Shown here: piece by piece, positions 1 to 9,779 of the stretch
Layout of the letters: each line of letters opens with the position of its first letter
How positions within the stretch are numbered: the first letter of the stretch is position 1
Assembly: GCA_003023195.1 (NCBI GenBank)
Contig: PXRX01000003.1
Coordinates: 927 to 64,926 of the forward strand
Direction: 5' to 3'
From: Halobacteriales archaeon QS_8_69_26
Lineage (GTDB): Archaea; Halobacteriota; Halobacteria; Halobacteriales; SW-7-71-33
Length of the DNA: 64,000 bases
The notes under the pieces: model-generated
What the model was told of the DNA's origin: nothing
Databases searched by the model: none
The model's input: the letters and a program-made list of their open reading frames with translations, nothing else
Position numbers and translations under genes: made by a program

Positions 1-892
1 GGTCCCAGTCCAGGTCCAGGGCCTCGAACCGGGCGGCGAAGTCGGCCTCGACCCCGCTGTCGAAGGTGACCTCCGTGACCGGGTCGACGCCCGGCACCGA
101 GACCGGATCCCGGTGGTCCAGCGTCATGGTCCGCTCGTCCCCCCGGTCGTCAATCGTCGCCTCCAGGGACCACTCGGCGGTCCCGGCCAGGGTCCGGAGC
201 AGGCGGGCGAAGCGGGTGCCGTACCGCCGGGTCCGCCGGAACAGCGCCGTCGGCCCCGTGACCACCACCTCGCGGGTGCCCGGGCCCTCCTCCTCGACCG
301 GTCGTATCTCGTACATCAGCCCCAGTCGCTTCACGGCCGAAACCAGACCGGCGGGGTCCGACGACCGCGCCCGGACCTCGACGGCGTCGAACAGCGCCGT
401 CTGGGCCAGCGAGAGGTTGTACTGGGCGACCAGTTCGTCGGGATCCCACCGGGGGTCGAACTCGGCCAGCACCTGGCGGTCGGGCAGGTCTGCGTACAGC
501 GACCGGTCGACCGCGTCCGGGTCGGCGTCCAGGCGCTCGGCGGCCGCCGACAGCGCCCGGGACCGCTCCTCGGGGGTGACGACGCCGGGGGGATCCAGCG
601 ACTCGGCGGCCTCGAAGGCCGCCCGGCGGGCGCGCTCCGGGTCGACGGGGGCCCGCGTCTCGAAGGTCGCTTCCCGTTCCAGGAGCTTCGCGAACCCCCG
701 GACCAGTTTGAAGTCCTCGGCCTCCCGTTCCACCCCCTCGAGGGCGTCGTCCAGGTCCCCCTTCGGCTCCCCGACGTGACCCTGGTAGACGCCGATCAGT
801 CGGGCCGCCAGCTCCCGGTCGTCCTCGCCGGCGAACTCCGGGCGGAAACCGCCGCCGCGCCGCGAGACCCGCAGGAGGTCCTTCGTCAGCAC
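1..892 (-). CDS. DUF790 / Bax1-like nuclease family protein (3' end runs out of the window)
   Basis: Manual translation from GTG 892: MLTKDLLRVSRRGGGFRPEF...YADL...YNLSLAQTALF...TGPTALFRRTRRYGTRFA...FDSGVEADFA; these motifs are typical of DUF790. Confidence 0.8.
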   Translation of the reverse strand, partial: MLTKDLLRVSRRGGGFRPEFAGEDDRELAARLIGVYQGHVGEPKGDLDDALEGVEREAEDFKLVRGFAKLLEREATFETRAPVDPERARRAAFEAAESLDPPGVVTPEERSRALSAAAERLDADPDAVDRSLYADLPDRQVLAEFDPRWDPDELVAQYNLSLAQTALFDAVEVRARSSDPAGLVSAVKRLGLMYEIRPVEEEGPGTREVVVTGPTALFRRTRRYGTRFARLLRTLAGTAEWSLEATIDDRGDERTMTLDHRDPVSVPGVDPVTEVTFDSGVEADFAARFEALDLDWD

Positions 893-1152
893 GCCCCGGC
901 GTTGGCGGGCCAGCCCCAAAAGCCCGACCCACATTTCACTACCGGACCGGATCCTCCCAGATCCGCCGGAGGGGGTGCCCGACGGACGCGCCCGGTCGGA
1001 TCCCCCGGTGCGGCCCGAGGCACCGCCGAGGGCCGCACCGGACGGCGATCGACCGGCGAAAGTCGGAGATTTTCTGACTCCCGAGCGACGCTCGGGGACG
1101 GGCGGGGAGGTGAGGGGCCGCCACGCTCCGGCGCACCCCCTGCGAGGAGTGG

Positions 1153-1223
1153 CCGCCCGGGGATCCGGCGTCTGCACTCCGCCCGGGATCCGGCGTCTGC
1201 ACTCCGCCCGGGAATCCGGCGTC
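1153..1223. repeat. ~25-bp intergenic tandem repeat x3
   Basis: ccgcccgggatccggcgtctgcact repeated. Confidence 0.8.
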
Positions 1224-1367
1224 GGGCGGGAATGAAAGGGGCCGGGGGCTTTCCGGGTCGTCTCTTCGAACCATCCTGGGTCCACAGTCGAAACCACGAG
1301 ATCCACCCCTGAGTGCCCGCTGGATCGGACATAGCTAAGGGGAGGGCGCTCCTACGGGCGGTCTAGC

Positions 1368-1832
1368 GTGAGCGGGGACCGGTACGTGGTCGAAATCAAG
1401 TCCTCGGCCCGGCGGGCCAACGGCATGGTCGGCCGGGTGGTCAACAGTCGGGGCGTCCACCACCGCTTCGAGAGCCGCGAGCACGCCGAGACGTGGGCGG
1501 CAGGGCTGTCCAGCCAGGGCGCCAGGCCGGTGTGGATCCGGCGGGCCAACCCCAACGACCCGTCGCCGGTCGACGCCTACCTGATGAGCCGCCGGCCGGC
1601 CGACGAGAGCGAGCCCTGGGGCGGGAACGGCACCCCGGGGACCGGCGACCGCGTCGCCGAGGGCGGCCTCGCGCGGGACTGGGAGGCCGTCGACCACCGG
1701 ACCGACGACGACGGCGATCCCCCGGAGGGGCAGGCAGTGATCGGCGAATACGACGGAACCGGCGAGAACGGGACCGACCACCGGGGCGACGACGGGACCG
1801 ACCACCGGGGCGACGACGGGACCGACGACTAA
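1368..1832 (+). CDS. hypothetical protein with acidic, repeat-containing C-terminus
   Basis: 154-aa ORF with haloarchaeal composition; GTDHRGDD repeated at the end. Confidence 0.6.
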   Translation: MSGDRYVVEIKSSARRANGMVGRVVNSRGVHHRFESREHAETWAAGLSSQGARPVWIRRANPNDPSPVDAYLMSRRPADESEPWGGNGTPGTGDRVAEGGLARDWEAVDHRTDDDGDPPEGQAVIGEYDGTGENGTDHRGDDGTDHRGDDGTDD

Positions 1833-1917
1833 CGCACGGGAGCGATCGGAGCGACCGCCCGGCCCGCGACCGGTCCCGGAGGAATACGCCTAAGCCACCG
1901 GCCGTCCAAGCCGGCGT

Positions 1918-2541
1918 ATGGGCATCCTCGACGGGATCCGCGACGGGATCCGTGGGATCCTCGGCACGCGGGCCGAGGCCGACGCCACCAGCGGTGCCGA
2001 CCCCGAGGACCTGTTCGGGATGAGCACCGCCTACGTCACGATGGGGGCGGATCTCGGCTACGAGGTGGGCGAGGCGGCCGCCCTCTGTTTCTCGGGCGTG
2101 AACTCGACGGACTTCGAGGACACCGTCGAGGAAGTGATCGACATCCTCGAAGTGGGACGCGACGAGTTCGGTACCGAGGCGTACCTCCACGAGGACGACC
2201 ACGGCTACCACTGGGTCGTCCTGGAGGACACGAACTTCGAGGACCTGGTGACCAGCATCCACTTCGCGGCCGACACGTTCATCGAGCGGGGGTACGGCGC
2301 CCGCCTGCTCGCGGCGCTGTTCGCCTTCGAGAAAGACGACCAGCGGGCCTACTGGGTCTACTCCTTTCGCCGAGGTTCGTTCTACCCCTTCGCCCCCGAG
2401 GATCCCGCCGAGCGCGAGCGGGACCGCAACGCCGAGTTCAAACTCCAGAGCCTCCTCGAGGGGGAACTCGACGTCGAGGAGGACAAGGAGTACTGGTACC
2501 CCCTCTGGCCGAGTACCCGCCACGGTCACCCCTGGGAGTGA
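1918..2541 (+). CDS. PspA-associated protein PspAB-like
   Basis: LFGMSTAY, D..GY.W, GYGARLLAALF, YSFRRGSFYPFAP, W..LW motifs. Confidence 0.7.
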   Translation: MGILDGIRDGIRGILGTRAEADATSGADPEDLFGMSTAYVTMGADLGYEVGEAAALCFSGVNSTDFEDTVEEVIDILEVGRDEFGTEAYLHEDDHGYHWVVLEDTNFEDLVTSIHFAADTFIERGYGARLLAALFAFEKDDQRAYWVYSFRRGSFYPFAPEDPAERERDRNAEFKLQSLLEGELDVEEDKEYWYPLWPSTRHGHPWE

Positions 2542-2564
2542 GGGGTTCGCGGGGGGATCCGCTG

Positions 2565-2584
2565 TTACAGTAATCTTACTGTAA
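2565..2584. repeat. TTACNGTAA-NN-TTACNGTAA palindrome, copy 1
   Basis: TTACAGTAATCTTACTGTAA. Confidence 0.85.
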
Positions 2585-2663
2585 AGGACGTCCGGTAGCC
2601 TGCGACGGTCGGATCGCCGGGCGATACCAAGAGTTATTTCCGGCGGAACCGGACCACTCGTCC

Positions 2664-3785
2664 ATGACGGAGTTCTCCAGTCGCGTCGAGCGAGTCTCTA
2701 TCAGCGGGATCCGCGAGGTGTTCGAGGCCGCGGGCGAGGACGCCATCAACATGGGTCTCGGGCAACCGGACTTCCCGGCGCCGGACCACGCCCGCGAGGC
2801 GGCCAGGGAAGCCATCGCCGCGGGCGAGGCCGACGCCTACACCTCCAACATGGGGACCCAGGCGCTCCGGGAGGCCATCGCCGAGAAGTTCCGGCGCGAC
2901 CAGGGCATCGACGCCGACCCCGGGGCCATCATCGCCACGGCGGGGGGCAGCGAGGCGCTCCACGTCGCAATGGAGGCCCACGTCGACCCCGGCCAGGAGG
3001 TGATCGTTCCCGACCCCGGGTTCGTCTCCTACGAGAACCTCACCCACCTGGCGGGCGGCGATCCCAAGCCCGTGGGCCTGCGCGAGGACCTCACTCTCGA
3101 CCCGGGGGCCGTCGAGGAGGCAATCACCGACGACACCGCCGCCTTCGTGGTCAACAGCCCCGCCAACCCAACCGGCGCGGTGGGGTCGGAAGCGGACATG
3201 CGGGAGTTCGCACGGATCGCCGACGAACACGACGTGCTCTGTCTCTCGGACGAGGTGTACGAGCACATCGTCTTCGAGGGCGAGCACCACTCTCCCATGA
3301 AGTTCGCCGACTCGGACAACGTCGCCGTGGTGGGCGCCTGCTCGAAGACCTACTCGATGACGGGGTGGCGCCTGGGGTGGATCCACGCCGCCGGGGACCG
3401 GATCGACCGGATGCTCCGGGTCCACCAGTACGTCCAGGCGTGTGCAAGTGCGCCGGCCCAGTACGCCGCCGAGGCGGCCCTGACCGGCCCGCAGGACCAG
3501 GTCGAGGAGATGGCCGCCGAGTTCGAGCGACGGCGCGACGTCCTCCTCGACGCCCTCGAGGACATGGGCCTGGAGACCCCCACGCCCGAGGGCGCGTTCT
3601 ACGTGATGCCGAAGGTCCCCGACGGGTTCGTCGACGCCTGCATCGAGCGCGGCCTGGTCATCGTCCCCGGCCGCGCCTTCGGGGAACGCGGCGAGGGATA
3701 CGCCCGGATCTCCTACGCCACCGACATGGCGGAGATCGAGGCGGCGATCGGGATCATGCGAGAGGCGGTCGCGGCGGTGCGGTAG
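2664..3785 (+). CDS. PLP-dependent class I/II aminotransferase (aspartate aminotransferase-like)
   Basis: GQPDF, NSPANPTG, SDEVY, SKTYSMTGWRLG. Confidence 0.92.
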   Translation: MTEFSSRVERVSISGIREVFEAAGEDAINMGLGQPDFPAPDHAREAAREAIAAGEADAYTSNMGTQALREAIAEKFRRDQGIDADPGAIIATAGGSEALHVAMEAHVDPGQEVIVPDPGFVSYENLTHLAGGDPKPVGLREDLTLDPGAVEEAITDDTAAFVVNSPANPTGAVGSEADMREFARIADEHDVLCLSDEVYEHIVFEGEHHSPMKFADSDNVAVVGACSKTYSMTGWRLGWIHAAGDRIDRMLRVHQYVQACASAPAQYAAEAALTGPQDQVEEMAAEFERRRDVLLDALEDMGLETPTPEGAFYVMPKVPDGFVDACIERGLVIVPGRAFGERGEGYARISYATDMAEIEAAIGIMREAVAAVR

Positions 3786-3836
3786 CTTCCGGCAGAACCT
3801 CACGAACGGGGCGACCGGAGCGGGCGGTCAGCGGCG

Positions 3837-4526
3837 TCAGGGCGGAATCCACTGGACCGGGTACTCGACGTCGCCGGTACCGATCTTCAAGCCGACCCGC
3901 ACCTGCTGGCGCGACACCGAACGGGGGAGGACAGCGACGGCCCAAAGCCGCCTGGTTTCACCGTAGTCGACGTGGAAACCCGACGCCTCGAACTGGTGCT
4001 GGTGCTCGACCCGACGTAAATCCCTGATGAGAACTTTGCGTTCGAACTCGGGATGGTCGAAGCTACGCTGGGTCTGGTAGCCGGTGTCGCCGTCGACGAC
4101 GAACCCCATGGGAGCGGCCCAGCTATTGGGCGGGGAGGTGTTCTCGACCGCAACAGTTGCGACCGTCAGTTGCTGGCCGCCGGGCATCTCAAACGTCCGT
4201 TCGGCCTCGTCCGTCCGGAACGTCGTCGCCAGTTCGAGCGACCGAACGGTGACCTTCCAGTCCTCGCCCATCGCGTGCCAATCGTCGAACGGATACGTCG
4301 CCCTGTCGGCATACCGGGTCGTCTCAGTAGGCGTCTCCCCGCCAGTGGGAGAGGTCGCTGTCGTCCCGTCATCGGTCGGTGGCGTCACGGTCGTCGGTTC
4401 CTCGCCGGTGGACGACGACGACGTCGCCGGGCCGGACTCGGGCGTCCCCGTTTCCGACGGGGAGACACTGCCACATCCAGCAAGCAAGGAGAGTCCGCAA
4501 ATCGAGACGAACGTGCGTCGGTTCAT
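3837..4526 (-). CDS. Tat lipoprotein, hypothetical
   Basis: MNRRTFV...LLAGC (twin Arg plus lipobox), Ser/Thr/Pro linker. Confidence 0.8.
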   Translation of the reverse strand: MNRRTFVSICGLSLLAGCGSVSPSETGTPESGPATSSSSTGEEPTTVTPPTDDGTTATSPTGGETPTETTRYADRATYPFDDWHAMGEDWKVTVRSLELATTFRTDEAERTFEMPGGQQLTVATVAVENTSPPNSWAAPMGFVVDGDTGYQTQRSFDHPEFERKVLIRDLRRVEHQHQFEASGFHVDYGETRRLWAVAVLPRSVSRQQVRVGLKIGTGDVEYPVQWIPP

Positions 4527-4618
4527 GATTGATCGTTTTCACCAATCAATAAATTGCTTGTGATATGAAAAGTGAGAGTTGAACCTATCGATGGCTATAT
4601 TCACCCACAATTCCCAGA

Positions 4619-5317
4619 TTACAGGCTTTGAATCCTCACAACGGACATTTCCCCATAGTCTTTTATTGAGACGGTTGGTACTGCTTGAACGTCGACTTCA
4701 CCATATTCCGTTATCCGTCCTAACCGATGCTCAGGAATGTCGTCGAAATCGGCAGTCCTATCAGTTAGTTTAGCAGTCAGGGCGGTGACGCTACGAGTAT
4801 CGAGTTGGAACCTCTCGTCGATTCCGATTTTAAGCGTCCTGCGACTATTCTCCACGTCAAGTGTGAGTTTGCCCCCCGCACCCTGTTGAATTCGGATACT
4901 CGGCGGTTGATGTGGATCAACGAGTTGAATCCTCTCGGTGGGTCGCCGTCCCCCGCCGATATCAGTCGTAATTGATCGTACTGGACCGGAGCGGGTAACG
5001 CTTACAGGGGCAGAGTTAACGCCGATCCCTCCAATAACGTGGTCGTTTACCTCGAACACACGCTCCACGTGATCTGGGAGTGAGGGCGTGAGAACAATCC
5101 GGTCTTGGCTCGGGTCAACGAAGTACCGCGGGTCGCCGTCCACGTTCGTTCGCTGGTAGTCGTCACGCTCGGGCAGGTCGTACTCAACGCCTACTTCAAC
5201 GAGTCGGACCGCGCCGTAGTCAGTTTTTGTTGCCCGTACACTCCCGGCAAACACGAACCCACTCACGGCACCGGTCGTCTTCAGAAGTTTCCGTCGATTA
5301 ATTTTGTTGTTTTTCAT
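4619..5317 (-). CDS. Tat-exported hypothetical protein
   Basis: INRRKLLKTTG twin-Arg signal; low GC. Confidence 0.75.
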   Translation of the reverse strand: MKNNKINRRKLLKTTGAVSGFVFAGSVRATKTDYGAVRLVEVGVEYDLPERDDYQRTNVDGDPRYFVDPSQDRIVLTPSLPDHVERVFEVNDHVIGGIGVNSAPVSVTRSGPVRSITTDIGGGRRPTERIQLVDPHQPPSIRIQQGAGGKLTLDVENSRRTLKIGIDERFQLDTRSVTALTAKLTDRTADFDDIPEHRLGRITEYGEVDVQAVPTVSIKDYGEMSVVRIQSL

Positions 5318-5328
5318 AATTTAACACC

Positions 5329-6147
5329 CTAGCACCTGTCTGTTGATTGTTCATTACACGAACTAGATGCAGTATAATAAACGCTGTCTTCAGTACATGT
5401 CGTCAAATGCTGGGTGTACCCCCCATCCCAGCTAGTATACTCAGATTTACACGTTCCACATTCATCATATTATGATTCATGATATGTTATCATTGGCGTT
5501 GCATCGGCAGAAACGCTATTGATATTGCCAAGTGAATGTTCGTCGTACTCTGTTCTGTGATTTGGATCATCACACATAAGATTATTTACACTTCTTTGCT
5601 CTGCTCGTATGAACTGATGGAGTGGTTCCTGGATGACAGAATTCTTCCCCTTCCCTGTGCTGATACACGAACCCGGGACAGGTGTCCAAGCCATCAGACC
5701 AGTTGAGAATGCCGACTCCCCACAATTCTGGGCCCCACCTTCAGCGCTCGCGTAGGTAGTAGAGCAGCCGAAATCGTGAACAAGGGTATGTGCGCCGACG
5801 ATAGGCTTGATACTATCACATGTATAGTCGTCGCACCACTTCATGTCATCGTAGGCATCTCCACCTTTGAGATAGTCTAAAAACTCATTGCCGATATTAT
5901 CATTCGAGTTAATATCCGGATAGTTATGGTGGCTGTCCTCGGCTCTGAATCGCTGGATCGCGTAATAGTTAATAGAACCTGCATTTAACAGCTGCTCTCC
6001 CGCATCTCGTAACGTCGTCGTAACCACCGAGTTCGCTTCCGTGTTTCCTTTTTCGTTACTAGTGTTCGGGTACAACATGATGTACATTCGTTTGTTATCC
6101 TGACACGAATCGCCATTCGAGTATACCGTTTCATATTTTCTTGTCAT
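5329..6147 (-). pseudogene. Cys-rich zinc-metalloprotease-like protein interrupted by one in-frame TAA (5470-5472)
   Basis: ATG 6147; QEPLH...EHSLG...TPM; the frame continues 46 sense codons past the TAA to TAG 5329-5331, just upstream of the next ATG (5317). Confidence 0.55.
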
Positions 6148-6229
6148 TATCTTTTTTACCTCCGCTTTTCTCGTCTTTCGACCAGTTTGGGAAGGGAGCC
6201 TCGTCAACAGCTCCCACCGACATCATCCA

Positions 6230-6320
6230 ACTCCTCTAACTAATACATTATTATAATTATCATAGAAAATAAATAATACTTAATATATAATTAATTAATG
6301 TACGGATTTTATAAATAATC
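6230..6320. promoter_or_regulatory. extremely AT-rich intergenic tract (divergent promoter region / island edge)
   Basis: taatacattattataattatcatagaaaataaataatacttaatatataattaattaatg. Confidence 0.5.
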
Positions 6321-6394
6321 TCGAAGGGCATCGATGGGAGTTCGCCGGAGATGGTATTTCGGACCGAAGTCCCAAACTCTCAACCCGCATACTG

Positions 6395-7273
6395 ATGGGG
6401 ACGTTCGACGTATGGGTGCCCATGGAGATCACACGCCACGGATCGGGGGTGAGCGCGGCCGTCCGTGCGCTGGCCTCGCAGATCCACCCGGTGTTCATGC
6501 TGCCGCCGCTGGCCTCGTCTTGGTTCGGAGCGACTCTCGCCGGCGATTTCGGCCTCCTGGTGGGAGGGATCCACAACGTCGCCATCTTTGCGGCGGTGTA
6601 CACCGCCCACGTCAAGGACGGCTACGTCGACTTCCACGTCCGGGGCGAGGACGACGACCATCCCCTGACCGAGCGAGGGTGCAAGCTCGCCCTCGGTGGG
6701 ATCACGGCCGTCTTCCTCGCCTGCCTGGCGGCGCTGTGGTGGCTCGTTGGCCCGGGCGCGGCCCTGATCACCGCGCCGACCTGGGTGATCGGCTACCACC
6801 ACGCGCCCCAGCTGGACACCAACCCGGTCACCGCCACGACGGGCTACCCGCTGGGGATCGCACTGGCCATCGCCGGCGGGTTCTACGTCCAGACGGGGAC
6901 CCTGTCGGCGCTGGCCGTCGCCTTCGCGCTCGTCTTCCTGCTGTTGCTCTCGGGCGTGAAGGTCATCGACGACGCCCAGGACTTCGAGTACGACCGCTCG
7001 ATCCGGAAGCGCACCGTCGCGGTGGTCGTGGGCCGCCGGAAGGCCCGCCTGACTGCCTACCTCCTGATGGCGGCCGGCCTCCTGGCGGTCGTCGCCTTCG
7101 CCGCCGGCGGGCTCTTCCCCCCCAGCAGCGTGCTCGCGGTCCTGGCCTTCGCGGCCGTCGCCGCCGCCACCCGCCGGGCCGAGCCCGAACTGGCGACGAT
7201 GATCCTGATCCGCGGGTCGTACGTCTTCCTGGCCCTGCTCCTGGTCGCGGTGTGGTTCTCCCCGTTGCGGTGA
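6395..7273 (+). CDS. UbiA family prenyltransferase
   Basis: Multi-TM; KDGYVDF...EDD and DDAQDFEYD...KRT Asp-rich motifs; start could be 6422. Confidence 0.85.
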   Translation: MGTFDVWVPMEITRHGSGVSAAVRALASQIHPVFMLPPLASSWFGATLAGDFGLLVGGIHNVAIFAAVYTAHVKDGYVDFHVRGEDDDHPLTERGCKLALGGITAVFLACLAALWWLVGPGAALITAPTWVIGYHHAPQLDTNPVTATTGYPLGIALAIAGGFYVQTGTLSALAVAFALVFLLLLSGVKVIDDAQDFEYDRSIRKRTVAVVVGRRKARLTAYLLMAAGLLAVVAFAAGGLFPPSSVLAVLAFAAVAAATRRAEPELATMILIRGSYVFLALLLVAVWFSPLR

Positions 7274-7430
7274 CCCAGGGACGGTTCACCCGGCCCCGAC
7301 CGATCCCACCCCTGGAGTTCCGGACCGGTCAACTCCGCCCTGGAGCCCCAACGCCGACCCGCACCGACCCCTTTCTTTCCCGTCGATCGGGAGCGAAACG
7401 CTGAAACAGACGCCGTACCAGTGAGCGGGT

Positions 7431-7871
7431 GTGGACACGAGTCAAACCGTCTCGATCACTCGGCGGAGCCTGGACTACCGCGCCATCGCCGCGGGAGCCA
7501 TCGCCGAGACGGCGGTCATCCTGTTCCCGGTCGTGTTCGACCTGTGGTTCCACATCGGACTCCTCGGCCCGTTCGTCGGCGGTGCCGTCGCGGGGTGGAC
7601 CAGCCGTTCGTTCGAACACGAGGCCAACGACGGCGGCGTGGCCGCCTTCGCCGGTACCCTGTTCTCGCTGGTGGGGTTCGCCCTGCTGGTCTGGTTCGGC
7701 AACCCCGGCACCTCGGTCGACGCCCGCCTCGACATCATCATGTTCATGATGATCGGTGGGGTCTTCCTCGTGCTGGCGTTCGGCCTCGCGTTCGGCTTCG
7801 TCGGTGCCGTCGTCGCCCACGTCGTGGCGACGGCCCGTCGCCGGTCGCCGTACGTTCCCAGTCGGACGTAG
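7431..7871 (+). CDS. small multi-TM membrane protein (DUF5518-like)
   Basis: 4 hydrophobic helices, GGAVAG motif. Confidence 0.6.
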   Translation: MDTSQTVSITRRSLDYRAIAAGAIAETAVILFPVVFDLWFHIGLLGPFVGGAVAGWTSRSFEHEANDGGVAAFAGTLFSLVGFALLVWFGNPGTSVDARLDIIMFMMIGGVFLVLAFGLAFGFVGAVVAHVVATARRRSPYVPSRT

Positions 7872-7878
7872 ACCGGGC

Positions 7879-9060
7879 TCACCGCGCCGTCGAGACCACC
7901 TTGATCACGTCGCCCTCCGCCAGTTCGTAGTCGTCGGAGACCTGGCGGTCGCTGCGGGCGTCGACGGCGTGGAGGTAGCCGTCGCCGATGTCCGAGTGGA
8001 CGGCGTAGGCCAGGTCGACGGGCGTCGATCCCCGGGGGAGGAGGTGGGCGTCGGGGAGGACGTTCCCCTCGGCGTCGGTCCACTTGGTGGCGTCCTGGAC
8101 CGGATAGACCGTCACGAGGTCCAGCAGGTCGTAGACGGCGTAGTTGATCGCACGCTGGACGCCGGTGCCGCCGTACTCGTGCATGGTCTCCCGGAGGGCC
8201 TCCAGGGTCTCTCGCTGGCTCTCGCCGACGTCCCCGACCAGGGTGAAGTCCTCGTCGCCGGGGTCGTAGTCGATGACGCCCTGTTCGGCCCCGCGGCGCA
8301 GGGCGAGTTCGCCCTGGGCAGTGGTTGGAATCGCGGGCGGATCCAGGTCCACGAGGCGGTCGACGAACTCCCCGGGGGCGACGTCGGCCTTGTTGGCCGC
8401 GACGACGATGGGCTTGGTCTGTTCGCGGACCTCGCGGGCCAGGGCCTCCCGGTCCTCGTCGGTCCAGTTCTTCGGGTCGTCGGGATAGTCCAGGCGCCGG
8501 AGGCAGGCGGTGACGTCGGCCTGGGTGGCCCCGAAGCCGGTCAGCATGTCCGAGAGGGCCTCCTCCATGTCGAAGTCCGGCGACCGGGACCGGCGGGTCA
8601 CCGACTCCCAGTTCCCCTCGACGATGCCGGTCAGCCACATGTCCATCTCCTCCTCGACGAAGTCGACGTCCTCCATGGGGTCGTGGGTCCCGACGTCGAC
8701 GGGTCCGCCCTCCTCGTTCGTCCCGCCGGCGGCGTCGACGACGTTGAGGATGGCGTCGGCGTTGGTGAGTTCGTCGAGGAACTGGTTGCCCAGTCCCCGG
8801 CCCTCGTGGGCCCCGGGGACCAGCCCCGCCACGTCGTACAGTTCGACGGGGACGTACCGTTTGCCGTCGTGGCAGTGCTCGTCGCCACAGCGCTCGTCGC
8901 GCGCCAGGCACGGACAGTCGGTGCGGGCGTAGGAGACGCCGTGGTTGACGTCGATGGTGGTGAACGGGTAGTTCGCCACGTCCACCTCCGCCATGGTGGC
9001 CGCCGCGTAGAACGTGGACTTGCCCGCGTTGGGCTTGCCGGCCAGGGCGAGCGTGATCAT
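7879..9060 (-). CDS. ychF: Obg-family ATPase/GTPase YchF
   Basis: GKPNAGKST, YPFTT, DVAGLVPGAHEGRGLGNQFL, C-terminal TGS. Confidence 0.92.
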   Translation of the reverse strand: MITLALAGKPNAGKSTFYAAATMAEVDVANYPFTTIDVNHGVSYARTDCPCLARDERCGDEHCHDGKRYVPVELYDVAGLVPGAHEGRGLGNQFLDELTNADAILNVVDAAGGTNEEGGPVDVGTHDPMEDVDFVEEEMDMWLTGIVEGNWESVTRRSRSPDFDMEEALSDMLTGFGATQADVTACLRRLDYPDDPKNWTDEDREALAREVREQTKPIVVAANKADVAPGEFVDRLVDLDPPAIPTTAQGELALRRGAEQGVIDYDPGDEDFTLVGDVGESQRETLEALRETMHEYGGTGVQRAINYAVYDLLDLVTVYPVQDATKWTDAEGNVLPDAHLLPRGSTPVDLAYAVHSDIGDGYLHAVDARSDRQVSDDYELAEGDVIKVVSTAR

Positions 9061-9166
9061 TGCCGGCAGTTCTCCCCCGGGGCGAAAACTGCTTTCGGTT
9101 CGGCGAACGACGTCGGTCCCGGCCGGCGGAGGAGGTCGGTCACTCCTTCCCGCTCGGCGGGACCGA

Positions 9167-9628
9167 TCACTCCCCCTCGCGGGCGACGTCGTGCATCCGG
9201 TCGCTGAAGTCCCACGAGTACACCTTCGCGGGGTCGATCCGGAGGGTCACCTCCTCGCGTCCCTCGTCCAGCAACCGCCGCGCGAGTCGCGAGTCGGTCC
9301 CCCCGAGGTACCGCTCCAGCAGGTCCCGCAGCACCGCCTTCTCGGGGTCGGGCTCTATCTCCACGGTCCCCCGGCCTCGCACGCCCCGGTAGGGGGGATC
9401 GTTGGTCGACACCTCGAAGGCAACGCCGGGGTCCGACCGGAGGTACCGGACCACGTCGGCGTCGCGGCCGGTCGCACACTCCAGGCGACCGTCGCGGTGG
9501 CGGAACCACAGCGACACCATCCAGAGGTGGCTCCCGGGCGTCCGGCAGGCCAGTCGCAGGGGGATGGTCGCCTCCGCGAGGAACTCGGCGACCCCCGCCT
9601 CGTCCCAGGCGCCGGCGTAGTCGATCAT
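9167..9628 (-). CDS. pyridoxamine 5'-phosphate oxidase family protein
   Basis: RLAC...SLWF...DPGVAFEVS...YRGVRGRG...SWDFS. Confidence 0.8.
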   Translation of the reverse strand: MIDYAGAWDEAGVAEFLAEATIPLRLACRTPGSHLWMVSLWFRHRDGRLECATGRDADVVRYLRSDPGVAFEVSTNDPPYRGVRGRGTVEIEPDPEKAVLRDLLERYLGGTDSRLARRLLDEGREEVTLRIDPAKVYSWDFSDRMHDVAREGE

Positions 9629-9779
9629 CGTGTGGGATCACGCGGTCCCGATCCGTCAGTCCACCGCTCGTCGGGGGCGCTCAGACCGGGGGCTCGGGCG
9701 GACTGACCGGAGCGAGCGACCGAGCGTACCGACCGGCCCGGTCCGACGGGCTTCCGTCGACGGACCCCTCGGTCCGCCC

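Noticed and set aside
4993-5008. Additional copy of the TTAC/GTAA palindrome (gggtaacgcttacag)
   Set aside because: Wrong spacer, several mismatches, and it lies inside a CDS.
5470-5472. Selenocysteine/pyrrolysine recoding of the in-frame stop
   Set aside because: The codon is TAA, not TGA or TAG.
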